A stretch of DNA of 63,020 nucleotides, counting the filler, from Octopus bimaculoides (taxonomy: Eukaryota), in NCBI RefSeq assembly GCF_001194135.2. It is 6 parts of 6 records of this genome, joined end to end, with 100 filler letters (N's around TTAATTAATTAA, not from the genome) between each part and the next. Parts side by side here need not be neighbours in the genome. Positions count along the whole stretch, not along the records: positions 37,827 to 51,988 come from NW_026329153.1; 5 more parts are not named here. The stretch is one strand, 5' to 3'. Position numbers and translations under genes: made by a program. Below are positions 40,375 through 52,088 of the stretch, in pieces. The notes below the pieces were generated by a model. The model made no database searches. It saw only the letters and a program-made list of their open reading frames with translations, and had not been told where the DNA came from. The stretch's first letter is position 1; every line of letters begins with the position of its first letter.

Positions 40375-40948
40375 TTCAAATTCACTTTATCTTAAATAAA
40401 TTTTCTAAATGACTTGAGATACTCGTTCTGGTTTGGTTTTGATTTTTCCTCTAATATAATATATACCTGCTATAACGGAACCCTAACACGTATCCCTAGA
40501 TCCAGCCTCAGCAGTTATCTTTCAATCTAACACTCGACCAACTGCGCATTAACTCAGCATACCTATTCGTTTAGATCACAAGTGAACTAAACCCTTCATA
40601 TTCCATATATTCTGCTGTGATGAACAAACAAACATACAAAACATCTAAGGGTATTTTTATCCCGTCTGAAGAGATTTTGCTCAGAAATATGAACTTGATA
40701 TTTAATTAATTTCCCTGTGTATAATTGAAACAGCTGTAAGGGATAATGATTAATTGGTTGTTCATAATAAACTCTTATTAACTTCACAATCTCCATTTTC
40801 TTCTGGTATGTGTAAAAGACTAACTGGCACCTCTTATCAAGAGTACAAGCGACGGTCAGATCGCTGATGTTTGTTGTGCTCTCCGCTCTCGTAATTTGAT
40901 TGCTGTTATTCTGTGCATCTGCGCGCAAAGATCAGTTGTGTTTTGCAG

Positions 40949-41032
40949 GGTTGCTATGGAGAAAGACATAGTGTTAGATATAAAAATGGGGGTCAACATA
41001 TATTATGGAAAAACGTGAAATTCTTCAGGCAG
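40949..41032 (+). other. Candidate unidentified exon (84 nt, phase 0/0): GCYGERHSVRYKNGGQHILWKNVKFFRQ
   Basis: Acceptor gttgtgttttgcag| and donor cag|gtatgt; only one frame is open. No homology recognised. Confidence 0.25.
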
Positions 41033-41541
41033 GTATGTGTCTTATACAAAATCTGTGATGAGCCCGAGAGACGCTGATGACCTGGAGTCGCTTTTGATAT
41101 ATATATATATATATANNNNNNNNNNNNNNNNNNNNNNNNNNNNNNNNNNNNNNNNNNNNNNNNNNNNNNNNNNNNNNNNNNNNNNNNNNNNNNNNNNNNN
41201 NNNNNNNNNNNNNNNNNNNNNNNNNNNNNNNNNNNNNNNNNNNNNNNNNNNNNNNNNNNNNNNNNNNNNNNNNNNNNNNNNNNNNNNNNNNNNNNNNNNN
41301 NNNNNNNNNNNNNNNNNNNNNNNNNNNNNNNNNNNNNNNNNNNNNNNNNNNNNNNNNNNNNNNNNNNNNNNNNNNNNNNNNNNNNNNNNNNNNNNNNNNN
41401 NNNNNNNNNNNNNNNNNNNNNNNNNNNNNNNNNNNNNNNNNNNNNNNNNNNNNNNATATATATGTATGTATATTCGCAATGTTGGACCGCTGAACTCAAC
41501 AAGTATTTTTTTTTTCATTCTCTGTTTATCTTCTCTTATTC

Positions 41542-41576
41542 CTTTCTGCTGAAGAGCGTAGGCTCGAAATGTAAGA
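41542..41576 (+). ncRNA. Hammerhead-like motif with A6C core variant
   Basis: CUUU-CUGCUGA-A-GAGC(GUAG)GCUC-GAAA-UGUA-AGA: perfect 4-bp stem II, weak stem I. Confidence 0.45.
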
Positions 41577-41880
41577 CTTTTTCTTTTTTCCCGAACGTCA
41601 AATTAATACATACACTTGTTTGTTGTTCGTACACCTGTCTTCGTCTTTTGTTTTTACACACACACACAACTCATATACACAAGGTATATGAGTTGTTAGT
41701 TCGTGGGTCGGCTGTGGTTTATAGGCGTAAGAGCATATATTCTTTGCGTCTGGTGTAAAAGACACCTGGAGGTAAGTCTGAGTCAAGCGAGACAATTCAC
41801 ATATGTCCCTTCTCGGAGAGACAAACATTGATGTTTCGTCATAGTTTTTTCGAGCTGCTTCTAATTCATATTTGAATGTA

Positions 41881-41944
<64 letters not shown>

Positions 41945-41998
41945 CACCTCTCACACACACACTCTCTCTCTATCTATCTCTCTATCTATCTCTCTATC

Positions 41999-42470
41999 TG
42001 TTGTTGTTGGCACTCCGTCGCTTACGATGTCGAGGTTTCCAGTTGATCCGATCAACAGAACAGCCTGCTCGTGAAATTAATGTGCAAGTGGCTGAGCACT
42101 CCACAGACACGTGTACCCTTAACGNNNNNNNNNNNNNNNNNNNNNNNNNNNNNNNNNNNNNNNNNNNNNNNNNNNNNNNNNNNNNNNNNNNNNNNNNNNN
42201 NNNNNNNNNNNNNNNNNNNNNNNNNNNNNNNNNNNNNNNNNNNNNNNNNNNNNNNNNNNNNNNNNNNNNNNNNNNNNNNNNNNNNNNNNNNNNNNNNNNN
42301 NNNNNNNNNNNNNNNNNNNNNNNNNNNNNNNNNNNNNNNNNNNNNNNNNNNNNNNNNNNNNNNNNGGTGTTTTCGCTCAATAAACACTCACAACGCCCGG
42401 TCTGGGAATCGAAACCGCGATCCTATAACGGCGAGTTCGCTGCGCTAACCACTGAGCCATTGCGCCTCCA
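41999..42470 (-). mobile_element. SINE family D (different head and body, same 3' tail as family C); internal N gap
   Basis: Reverse complement of the 44329-44694 element on both sides of the gap; sits in (CTAT)n sequence. Confidence 0.85.
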
Positions 42471-42481
42471 CCTATCTATCT

Positions 42482-42512
<31 letters not shown>

Positions 42513-42609
42513 GATATAGTGGTTGCTTTCTCTATACGAGCAAAGCCATTGCTAGAAAAAAAAATCATTAAAACGACTCATTCATAATGTAATGTGAGGT
42601 CCTTCTAAC

Positions 42610-42750
42610 GACTCTTTCACTTTCCCTCTACCAAACCCACTCAAGGCGTTCGACGGCCCAAGGCTCTATTAGAAGACATTTGCTCAAGGTCTCACGCTGT
42701 GGGATTGAAGCCGGAACCGCGTGGTTGGGTAGCAAGCTTCTTGCATATAA
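42610..42750 (-). mobile_element. Decayed SINE A head
   Basis: ctaccaaacccactc...agaagacatttgctcaaggt...gtggttgggtagcaagcttctt. Confidence 0.7.
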
Positions 42751-43084
42751 CCACCAGTATTTACATTTTTAACTGCGGTTCGCCAGTCGTGTAAGGTAGT
42801 GTGCTAGAGCCGAATGTAGTTTGTAATTACATTACTAACGGAACGGATTACCTTGGCGTGAGAGGCAGGAATAATGGTCTGACCATCCTAGTTTGAAGTA
42901 ACCTTTGCACTAGGACTGATCATCAACCAATGAAAACTTATCAATGTGAAGGGCTTGTTGCTTGTGTTTCCTAGGTGCTGCTCTTTCTAATTTGTGTACG
43001 TGTGTTGTATTTATATAACCACAATAGTCTGTCTCTAATATGGGGTGATATTCCAGCAAGTTAATTGGTCAGTAACCAAGATAC

Positions 43085-43290
43085 GTCACAGAATGGTGAC
43101 CTGGGTTTTGGTCCCATGATCGTAAAATTTGTGGTTTCGGCTCCTGAACTGAGCGAGGCGTTGTGTTCTTGAACAAGACACTTCATTCTACTCATATAGC
43201 AAAATGAGTGATCCTGCGACGGACCGGCGTCTCGTCCAGGTGGGGGACGTATACGCCACAGAAACAAGGAAATCGGCCTTATGAGGTAAT
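43085..43290 (+). mobile_element. Decayed SINE with V-domain-like core (family E)
   Basis: gcgttgtgttcttgaacaagacactt and cctgcgacggaccggcgtctcgtccagg resemble the V-SINE central motif (from memory). Confidence 0.55.
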
Positions 43291-43403
43291 CCCTTGGAAA
43301 GGATCTTTATCCAATATCCAGTTCAAAACATGTCACCTGACCTAACTGTGGTCTGGAGCTTGTTACTGATGCTGTGAGGTTTCAATACTAAGCTTCGCTT
43401 CAA

Positions 43404-43461
43404 ACTATAACAGGGGTCAGTATTGACTATAACAGGGGTCGCTATTGACTCCTAAAGGGTC
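43404..43461 (+). repeat. 22-bp tandem repeat ACTATAACAGGGGTC(AG/GC)TATTG x~2.6
   Basis: Directly visible. Confidence 0.8.
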
Positions 43462-43647
43462 TGTGGGGTTATCCGAGGAGTCGATAAGCAGCCGAAATAA
43501 TTTTGAACATTAAGAGTACTGAAATTATTAGTGAATTAAATCTGGAAGAGTGTGTCTAATTAATTTAAGGCTAAAACTCAGTAATTTCCCGCCTAATATC
43601 GCTGTAATATTAACTATTGCGTACACGCTACTGTGTGTATATTTCTG

Positions 43648-44040
43648 TCCCCGACCAAAGCCTTGTGAGTGGATTTGGTAGACGGAAACTGAAAGAAGCT
43701 CGTCGTATATATGTATATATATATGTGTGTATATGTTTGTGTGTCTGTGTTTTTCCCCCCAACATCGCTTGACAACCGATGGTGGTGTGTTTACGTCCCC
43801 GTAACTTAGCGGTTCGGCAAAAGAGGCCGATAGAATAAGTACTAGGCTTACAAAGAATGTCCTGGGGTCGATTAGCTCTATTAAAAGCGGTGCTCCAGCA
43901 TGGCGGCAGTCAAATGACTGAAACAAGTAAAAGAGTAAAAGAGTAATGGGGGTCGATTACTTGACTAAAATTCCTCAAGGTGGTGCTCCAGCATGGCCCC
44001 AGTCTTATGACTGAAACAAAACAAAAAGTAAAAGATGAAA
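43648..44040 (+). mobile_element. 5'-truncated SINE A with duplicated 3' tail
   Basis: ccgaccaaagccttgtgagtgg...gactgaaacaagtaaaagag followed by a second ggggtcgat...gtgctccagcatggcc...gactgaaaca. Confidence 0.85.
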
Positions 44041-44328
44041 GGCACATTACATTTAAGTTAACTATTTTTGTCTCCTTAGTTTTATTATAACTCTGTCACT
44101 TCGACAGTAACTCGGTCCTTCAATTTCATGTTTTATCTCAGTACTTGCTCCTTTTTCGAGTATGCCCTGAGCCCTAAACCTAACCCTTTCAGGCGCGATC
44201 CCAGGAATTTTTCAATGGGAGGGCACAAGGTCAGAATGGAATACAATTCCAGGAGAAGGCACACTTCTTTTCTTGCTCAAGACACATTTTGGTCTACTCA
44301 ATTAGGCGTTGACCTACTGTTAAAATCC

Positions 44329-44694
44329 TAGTGGAGGCGCAATGGCCCAGTGGTTAGGGCAGCGGACTCGCGGTCATAGGATCGCGGTTTCGATTCCCAG
44401 ACCGGGCATTGTGAGTGTTTATTGAGCGAAAACACCTAAAGCCCCACGAGGCTCCGGCAGGGGATGGTGGCGAACCCTGCTGTACTCTTCCACCACAACT
44501 TTCTCTCACTCTTACTTCCTGTTTCTGTTGTGCCTGTAATTCAAAGGGTCATGCTGAATATCCCCGAGAACTACGTTAAGGGTACACGTGTCTGTGGAGT
44601 GCTCAGCCACTTGCACGTTAATTTCACGAGCAGGCTATTCCGTTGATCGGATCAACTGGAACCCTCGACGTCGTAAGCGACGGAGTGCCAACAT
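44329..44694 (+). mobile_element. Full-length SINE family D with 12-bp target-site duplication
   Basis: tRNA-like head GTGGAGGCGCAATGGCCCAGTGGTTAG...GGTTTCGATTCCC. CTGTTAAAATCC is duplicated at 44317-44328 and 44695-44706. Confidence 0.92.
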
Positions 44695-44999
44695 CTGTTA
44701 AAATCCGACGCGATGGTCACGTCTACACTACTACTACTACTACTACTACTACTTTAATTTGACGTGTTAGATATAGCAACCAGGTTACCTCTGTTAAATC
44801 CTATCTTGTTGGAAAAGGCGGACACATTGAACGATGGAACTCTTGGTACATTGTGCCGTGATGGTCACAGTTGCACCGTTAGTACTTCTACCACTACGAT
44901 ACCACCACCACCACCTTCAACTATTACTCCTATTAAACAATGCAGTCTTCTCCAAGAGGATCTTAAAGCAATATTGATGACCTGACCTTTGTGCTGTGC

Positions 45000-47900
45000 A
45001 GAGAGAGAGAGAGAGACGGGTATATAACCACCCACGTCTTATCTCTTCTTCTCCAACTTGCCTCTTCCTCTTTCAACTCTTTTAGTCTCTTTCTCTCTCT
45101 CTGTTGTCAGCATCTAACTCTTTCTTGTTCCTCTTATTACTCTCATTCTACCTCTCGCGTTTTTCTTACGTTCCTCCCCTTCTTATACCTGTCCTCCCTC
45201 TCTCTTATTGTTCTAAGCTCACTTTCCTTATCGTCTGCTTTCTCTCACTCCTCCTAACCTATCTCTATTTCTTGCCGGCTTCTCTCTCTCTCTCTCTCTC
45301 TCGCCTCCCCTTCTTTCCCTCTGTCTTTTTTGTCACCTGCTGCCGCTACTCGTACTTCTCTCCGTCGGCATTTTTAAACCGGCTTCTCTCTTTCTCTTTT
45401 GTCCCTTTCTTTCTTTCCCTCTCTTTTCAGTTTTACACTGTTCGTTGCCGGCTGCCTCCAGCTACTTCTCTCTCTCTCTCTCTCTCTCAAAACATCTTGG
45501 TCTTCTTCGTTCACCTTCGCCCTCCCTCCTCTCTTGTCTTTTAGTTACTTCTCTTCATTCTCCTTCTCCTCCCCTTCCCTCCGTCTATTTCTCATTTCCC
45601 CCTTTCACTTTACCCTGCTTCTCTTCGTCACCTTTTTTTTTATCCCACTCTACTGATACCGTCTCTCTCACACCTCCCCTTCTCTCTCACACCTCCCCTT
45701 CTCTCTCTTTTTCTACTGCTTCTCCCTCTTTTTCTATCCAATTCCTTCCTCTCTTCCTCTCCCTCACTTGCTCTTCCTCCTTCGCCTTCTCCCCTCGTTA
45801 ATTATTACCATTTCATTTCCCTCTCACCCTTATACCTTAATTTCCCTTTCACTACCTCCCCTTCAACTTTCCTCCTTTTCTCTCTCTATATCTTCTTGTT
45901 TGTCTTCCTCACTTTCTACTTTTTCTTCATTTTCTTTCCTCCTCCTCCTACTCTTCATCGTCTGTTGCTTCTTCCCTCTCATCTTCTGTTGCTTCGTCGG
46001 GCCTGCCTCCCCTTCCCTTCGTCTATGCACCCCCCTTTCTTTATTTCTACTTCTCGCTCCCACTTTACACTTCTACCCATTCTCTTCTCTTACTCTATCT
46101 CTTTCTCTCCCCCTCATCTTTCATTTACCCTTTTCTTGCTTTCCCTCCTTTTCTTCGGCTCCTTTCCTGCTGCAGCTGTTGCTGCAAGCATCATCAGTAC
46201 TAGCAATACAAACAGCAGCGCAAAGAGAGGGGTGTGTTCTAATCTACTCCCACCACCACTATTACTATTAAGACCGCCACTACTACTGTCATGTGTTGCG
46301 GCAAACTCAGTGAGAGTGTCCCTCCCCTTCAGTTACCACCAGCATCATCATCACAATCAACAGTAGCAGCACAGTCTCTCTTTCTATCTCTCTCTCCTCT
46401 CTCTTTCTTTCTCTCTCTCCCCTTTCTGCCTCCTACTCTCACCGCATTCTCGTCCGTTGCTGCAATCATCATCATCACCATTATCAATGTCTACAGTAAA
46501 TACGAGAGAGAGAAAGAGAAGCAATAAGTCTCTCTCTCTCTCTCTCTCTCCCCTTCAACTCTTACCACTACTATATCCACCTTCATTGACTGCCTCCCTC
46601 TTCAACTCTTACCGCCACTATATCCATCCGTCATCATCATCATTTGCAGCAACAACAACAGGAGAGGGTCCCGCTCTGTCTGTCTCTCACTCTTTATCTC
46701 TCTCTCTCTGTGCTTTAACTCTTACCGCTACTACATTCACTACCATCATCATTACCATTAACAACAGAACTGAGTCTCCCTCTCTCACTCTCTCTCACTC
46801 TCTCTCTTCCTCCCCTTCATCTCCCACCACCACAACCACAACCACTACTACTGTTGTATCGTCTGTTGCTGCAGTCATCATCATCATTAGCATCAACAGA
46901 AGCAATTGAGGCAAAACACCATCTCTTCCTTCCTCCTCTTACCACCACTACTACGTTTCATCATCATCATCATCACCAGCGACATCATCACAAACAAATT
47001 CGAAGGTCCCTTTCACTCTCTCTCTCTCTCTCTATTACTCTCTTTCTCTCTTTTTCTTTCTTACTCTTACTCCGACCACTACCACTGCAGTATTCTGTTG
47101 CTGCAGACACTGCCTCCCCCCCCCCATCATCATCATCGTTATAAGTAACAAGAGAGTGTTCCTCCTCCTTTCATTACAACGTCTAGCATTATCATCATCA
47201 TCATCATCACCATCATTATAGTAATAAAGAGCATCCCTCTCTTTCTCTCCCCCTGCACATGTATCTATTTCTCTTTCCACCTCTCTCTCAACATGTAGTT
47301 CTTTCTCTCCCCTTCACTCTACATATGTTCCTCGTCTTTTTCTTCCTTACTACTACTACTACTACTACAGCTGTTGCTGCAAACATCATTATCATCCTCC
47401 TCCTCACCATCGTCGTCAACAGAACAAGTATCAATAGTAACAGTGAGGGAGGTGGTGTGTCTCTCTCCTCTTCTACTCTCACCATTACCATCATCACTAA
47501 TAGCAACGACAGTAGCAACAACGGGCAAACGAGGGAGCAGCTACGTGGTTGTCAGACTTGCTAGAAATAGCAGCCAAATCTCTCTCAAATTGTTTTATAC
47601 TGTCTGCCAAGAAAAAAAAAAAGGACGAGCACTTTGGACGATGTAGTCCCAGATATACCAAACACAGGACGGTCACGGTTGGAATATCTCTTGATATGCA
47701 GAGGCCTGACTGACTATAGACCTGGTGCTAAATAACGGCAGAAGCATGGAGAAGTCCCTCCCCTTCTACTCTGACCACTACCACCACAATAGTAATAAGT
47801 AACAGCAGCAGGAAGGGAATGCCCCTCTCTTGTCTTTTACTCTGACCATCACCACTCCACCGCACACATACGTACATATAGAAAATACGTATACACACAC

Positions 47901-48600
47901 ACACACATACATATATACACACACAACGGTAAACAACCGGACGGAGTCTCTCTTTTCCCCCTCTCTCATTATCTTTATTTCGCTCTTTTCTTTTACTCTA
48001 ACTACTACCACTACAGCTCACACATACGTACACACAGAGCATACGTAACAAACACAGTGAGTAGGAACCGCATACACACACACACACAAATACACACATA
48101 TACACAACAGTGACAGTAGTACCAAGAAGGACAGGGTCTCTCCCTCATTGTCTTTGTCTGCCTCCCCTTCTACTCTGACCACTACCACCAGTAACAACGG
48201 TAACAGCAGAAAGGAGAGTCTCTCTCTCTCTCCCTCTTTCTATGTATCTGACTCTCATTCATTCTCTCTCTTGCTTGGTCTACTCTGACCATCACCACTG
48301 TATGCACAACGTACACATACATATACACACACATCAGACAGTGTATCTTACTCGCTTCGTCTACTCTGACCGCCACCACTCTACCATACACACACATACA
48401 TACACATACATACGGCAGTCACTCTCTCTCCTTCTCTTTGTCAATCTGACTCTCAGTCACTCTCTCTCACTCTTTCTCTGTATATCTCACTCTCATTCAT
48501 TTTCCTCTTTCACTTCGTCTACTCTGACCATCACCACTGTCTCACACACGCACACACACATACATTAGACGTAGCCAACGCATTATAGCTAAAGAGTGAA
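45000..48600. repeat. Pyrimidine-rich (CT)n/CAT/CAC low-complexity region with a cryptic repeated module
   Basis: Strong plus-strand pyrimidine bias at 45000-46150; recurring (t)ctactctgacc..cacc / caactcttacc.c.ac motif at 46550-48540. Confidence 0.8.
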
Positions 48601-49960
48601 GCACACACATATAGAGATAGTACGGGAGTAGGAGGTACACTCACACACACATACACACACACACTTTTGTGTCTATTCACACAGGAGTCCCACTCTATCA
48701 CTACTACACATTATATACAACTGTCTCTGTCTACACACACACACATTTATATATATACATACTTCCAGCTGTATAACGATCATTATTGATATATACACTC
48801 ACCTACCCTATATATATACTCCATATACATTGATATATATTATATATACACACACACACATACTCTACAGTATTTTTGGCGGGGGTTTCTACACAGATAT
48901 AAGCTGTTGGGGGGGTATTTAAAAATTTAAACTGGTCATCGTTTAACCGGCTTAAAGACCTCTTCTCCTGAAAATACCCTCTACACACATTCACGCGTGT
49001 ATATATATATGATGTATACATCAATATTGAATGCCCTGCTGGGGTTGATGTCTATAAAGTGACCCCACAGTCTCTTTCAGCTTCCTGAAATGATGCTAGA
49101 TGTGTGACCCCTGCTGTTTATTAAAAAGGTCATCCTACATTAATTAATGTGTGTATATATTATACATATATATTGATTAATTACACACACACACACATAT
49201 ATATGTATATATATACAAAACCTCAGCATATATTATAAATTTTAATTGCACATATATAAACAGCCAGTTTAAAGGTACATTATTAATTTATGATCATAAA
49301 AAGGCAATTATACACAAATAATATACATATATAGTAGGCAGACAGACTGTGTTTGTGTATATGTGTGTGTGTATATATATATATATTTATTTATTATGAA
49401 CGTAGAACAGTATAGATTGAGGGGGCGGCTCTGTAACACAAACCCTCCCCTCCTGTCCTAACTCCAATACCCATCTTTACTCTGACATACATATTCACTC
49501 TCCCCGCAGTCTTAACCTCTGTGCTGTGATTACAACACGTATTTATATATATATATATACATCCATCTATACATACATTTGTCTATATATATATATATAT
49601 ATATATATGTAAATATATATATATATATACATAGTTCATGAAGACAGGACCTTTTGGCCCCACCAGAGAAGCGAGCACTTGCGCAGTTGCTGGCCCTATG
49701 TCTGAAATTAACAACACATTTAGGAGGGGTCGCAGTCGGCTCCCCTCCACACACCTTTGTCAGCCTTAATGAGGATTAAAAAGAAGAAAAAGAAAAAGAC
49801 AGACCCAGGAGGAAACGTATTACTACTGTTACTATTATTATTATTATCATATATACACAATAATATATACACGCACATATAAATATATATACAATGAATG
49901 AGTGTATAATGATATAAATACTGTGTAGTATATATATATGTGTATATATANNNNNNNNNN

Positions 49961-49998
<38 letters not shown>

Positions 49999-50294
49999 TG
50001 AAAAAGTACATGGACTGTGATTCAATGTGAGGTGTATATATATTTATATTATTGTACACACACATATATATATATATATAGATATATAGAGATATATGTA
50101 TATATGTTATGTATATTTTATACCCAGGAAAGTTGATATATATATAATTATATAGCTAGGATTCTTACACTGGAGGAGATGGAATTACCTACACAAATTA
50201 GGTAAGCAGTTGTGTATATATAAATTTGAATTTCTGTATGTATATATACATACATGTCTTTAATTTTGCCTATATATGTTTAATTTGATTTTGC

Positions 50295-50325
<31 letters not shown>

Positions 50326-51774
50326 AGTATGGTGTATATTATTTAGATATGTTCATGGATATATAATAAAACTATGTATAAAGGTCTGTCATGTATATAT
50401 ATATATATATATATAAACCATGTATATATAATATATGTGAATATATACACACACACACGTACACTATACAAGGATTTGTATGTAGATATGTTTAATAATT
50501 ATGTATATATATTTATATATTTATATATGTATAAATTGTGTTGTATATATAGATGTATGTGTGTGTGTGTGTGTAGATGTATGTGTATATACACAGTATA
50601 ATATATATATAAATTATATATATGCTGTGTGTATATGTGTGAATTATTACGTTATGGAGAAGTATAATATATTCTAATATATACACACGTTGGTCTCTTT
50701 AATATATGTAACCAATATGTGTGTATTTATGTGTGTATGTATTTGTCTATANNNNNNNNNNNNNNNNNNNNNNNNNNNNNNNNNNNNNNNNNNNNNNNNN
50801 NNNNNNNNNNNNNNNNNNNNNNNNNNNNNNNNNNNNNNNNNNNNNNNNNNNNNNNNNNNNNNNNNNNNNNNNNNNNNNNNNNNNNNNNNNNNNNNNNNNN
50901 NNNNNNNNNNNNNNNNNNNNNNNNNNNNNNNNNNNNNNNNNNNNNNNNNNNNNNNNNNNNNNNNNNNNNNNNNNNNNNNNNNNNNNNNNNNNNNNNNNNN
51001 NNNNNNNNNNNNNNNNNNNNNNNNNNNNNNNNNNNNNNNNNNNNNNNNNNNNNNNNNNNNNNNNNNNNNNNNNNNNNNNNNNNNNNNNNNNNNNNNNNNN
51101 NNNNNNNNNNNNNNNNNNNNNNNNNNNNNNNNNNNNNNNNNNNNNNNNNNNNNNNNNNNNNNNNNNNNNNNNNNNNNNNNNNNNNNNNNNNNNNNNNNNN
51201 NNNNNNNNNNNNNNNNNNNNNNNNNNNNTGTGTGTGTGTGTGTAGATGTATGTGTATATACACAGTATAATATATATATTGTATATGAATTTCTGTATAC
51301 GTTTGTGTATATAATAATATATACTGCTTGGGGGGGGGGTGTACTTGACCGTATATATATTCGTATCTATGAATGCAGTGAATGTATAAATGAAATGAGT
51401 GTATACATAAGCAGATATGTTTGACGGAATATAGGTGTGTGTATATATATATATATTATATGTCTACGTATGTATAACTGTATATAATATAATATAGGTT
51501 TCTGTGTGTTTAACTTGTGTATAGTCTTGTAGCTGGTGTCTGTATATATGTTTCTGTGTATATAAAAGAGTGTATATATATATATATATATCCGTGTCTG
51601 ATATTTTTCAACACTGTGTTGCTTCTGTGTGTATGTGGGTGTATATATATATATATATATATGTCTGTGTCTATATGTATGTATGTTTATATGCATATCT
51701 CATATGTCCATATATATATGGTGTGTATATATATCCTATATGGTGTGTATATATATATATATATATATATATGG

Positions 51775-51940
51775 TTTGTGTGTCTGCGTTTGTCCCCCCA
51801 GTATGGCTTGACAACCGATGTTGGTGTGTTTATGTCCCCGTAACTTAGCGGTTCGGCATTAGCGACTAGGAGTCGATTTGTTCGACTAAAGGCGGTGCTC
51901 CAGGATGGCCGCAGTCAAATGACTGGAACAAGTAAAAGAG
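51775..51940 (+). mobile_element. SINE A 3' half with internal deletion
   Basis: ttgtcccccc...gcttgacaaccgatg...gtaacttagcggttcggc...aaaggcggtgctccaggatggccgcagtcaaatgac. Confidence 0.8.
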
Positions 51941-52088
51941 TATATACATGTACACGTTTGTATATGTATACATAGATACGTCTATATGNNNNNNNNNNNN
52001 NNNNNNNNNNNNNNNNNNNNNNNNNNNNNNNNTTAATTAATTAANNNNNNNNNNNNNNNNNNNNNNNNNNNNNNNNNNNNNNNNNNNN

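Noticed and set aside
40660-40695. CTGAAGAGATTTTGCTCAGAAATATG hammerhead-like string
   Set aside because: Only a 2-bp stem II, G at the cleavage position, and no stem I.
44329-44405. tRNA-like sequences here and at other SINE heads
   Set aside because: They have A/B boxes but no acceptor stem and continue into SINE bodies; not tRNA genes.
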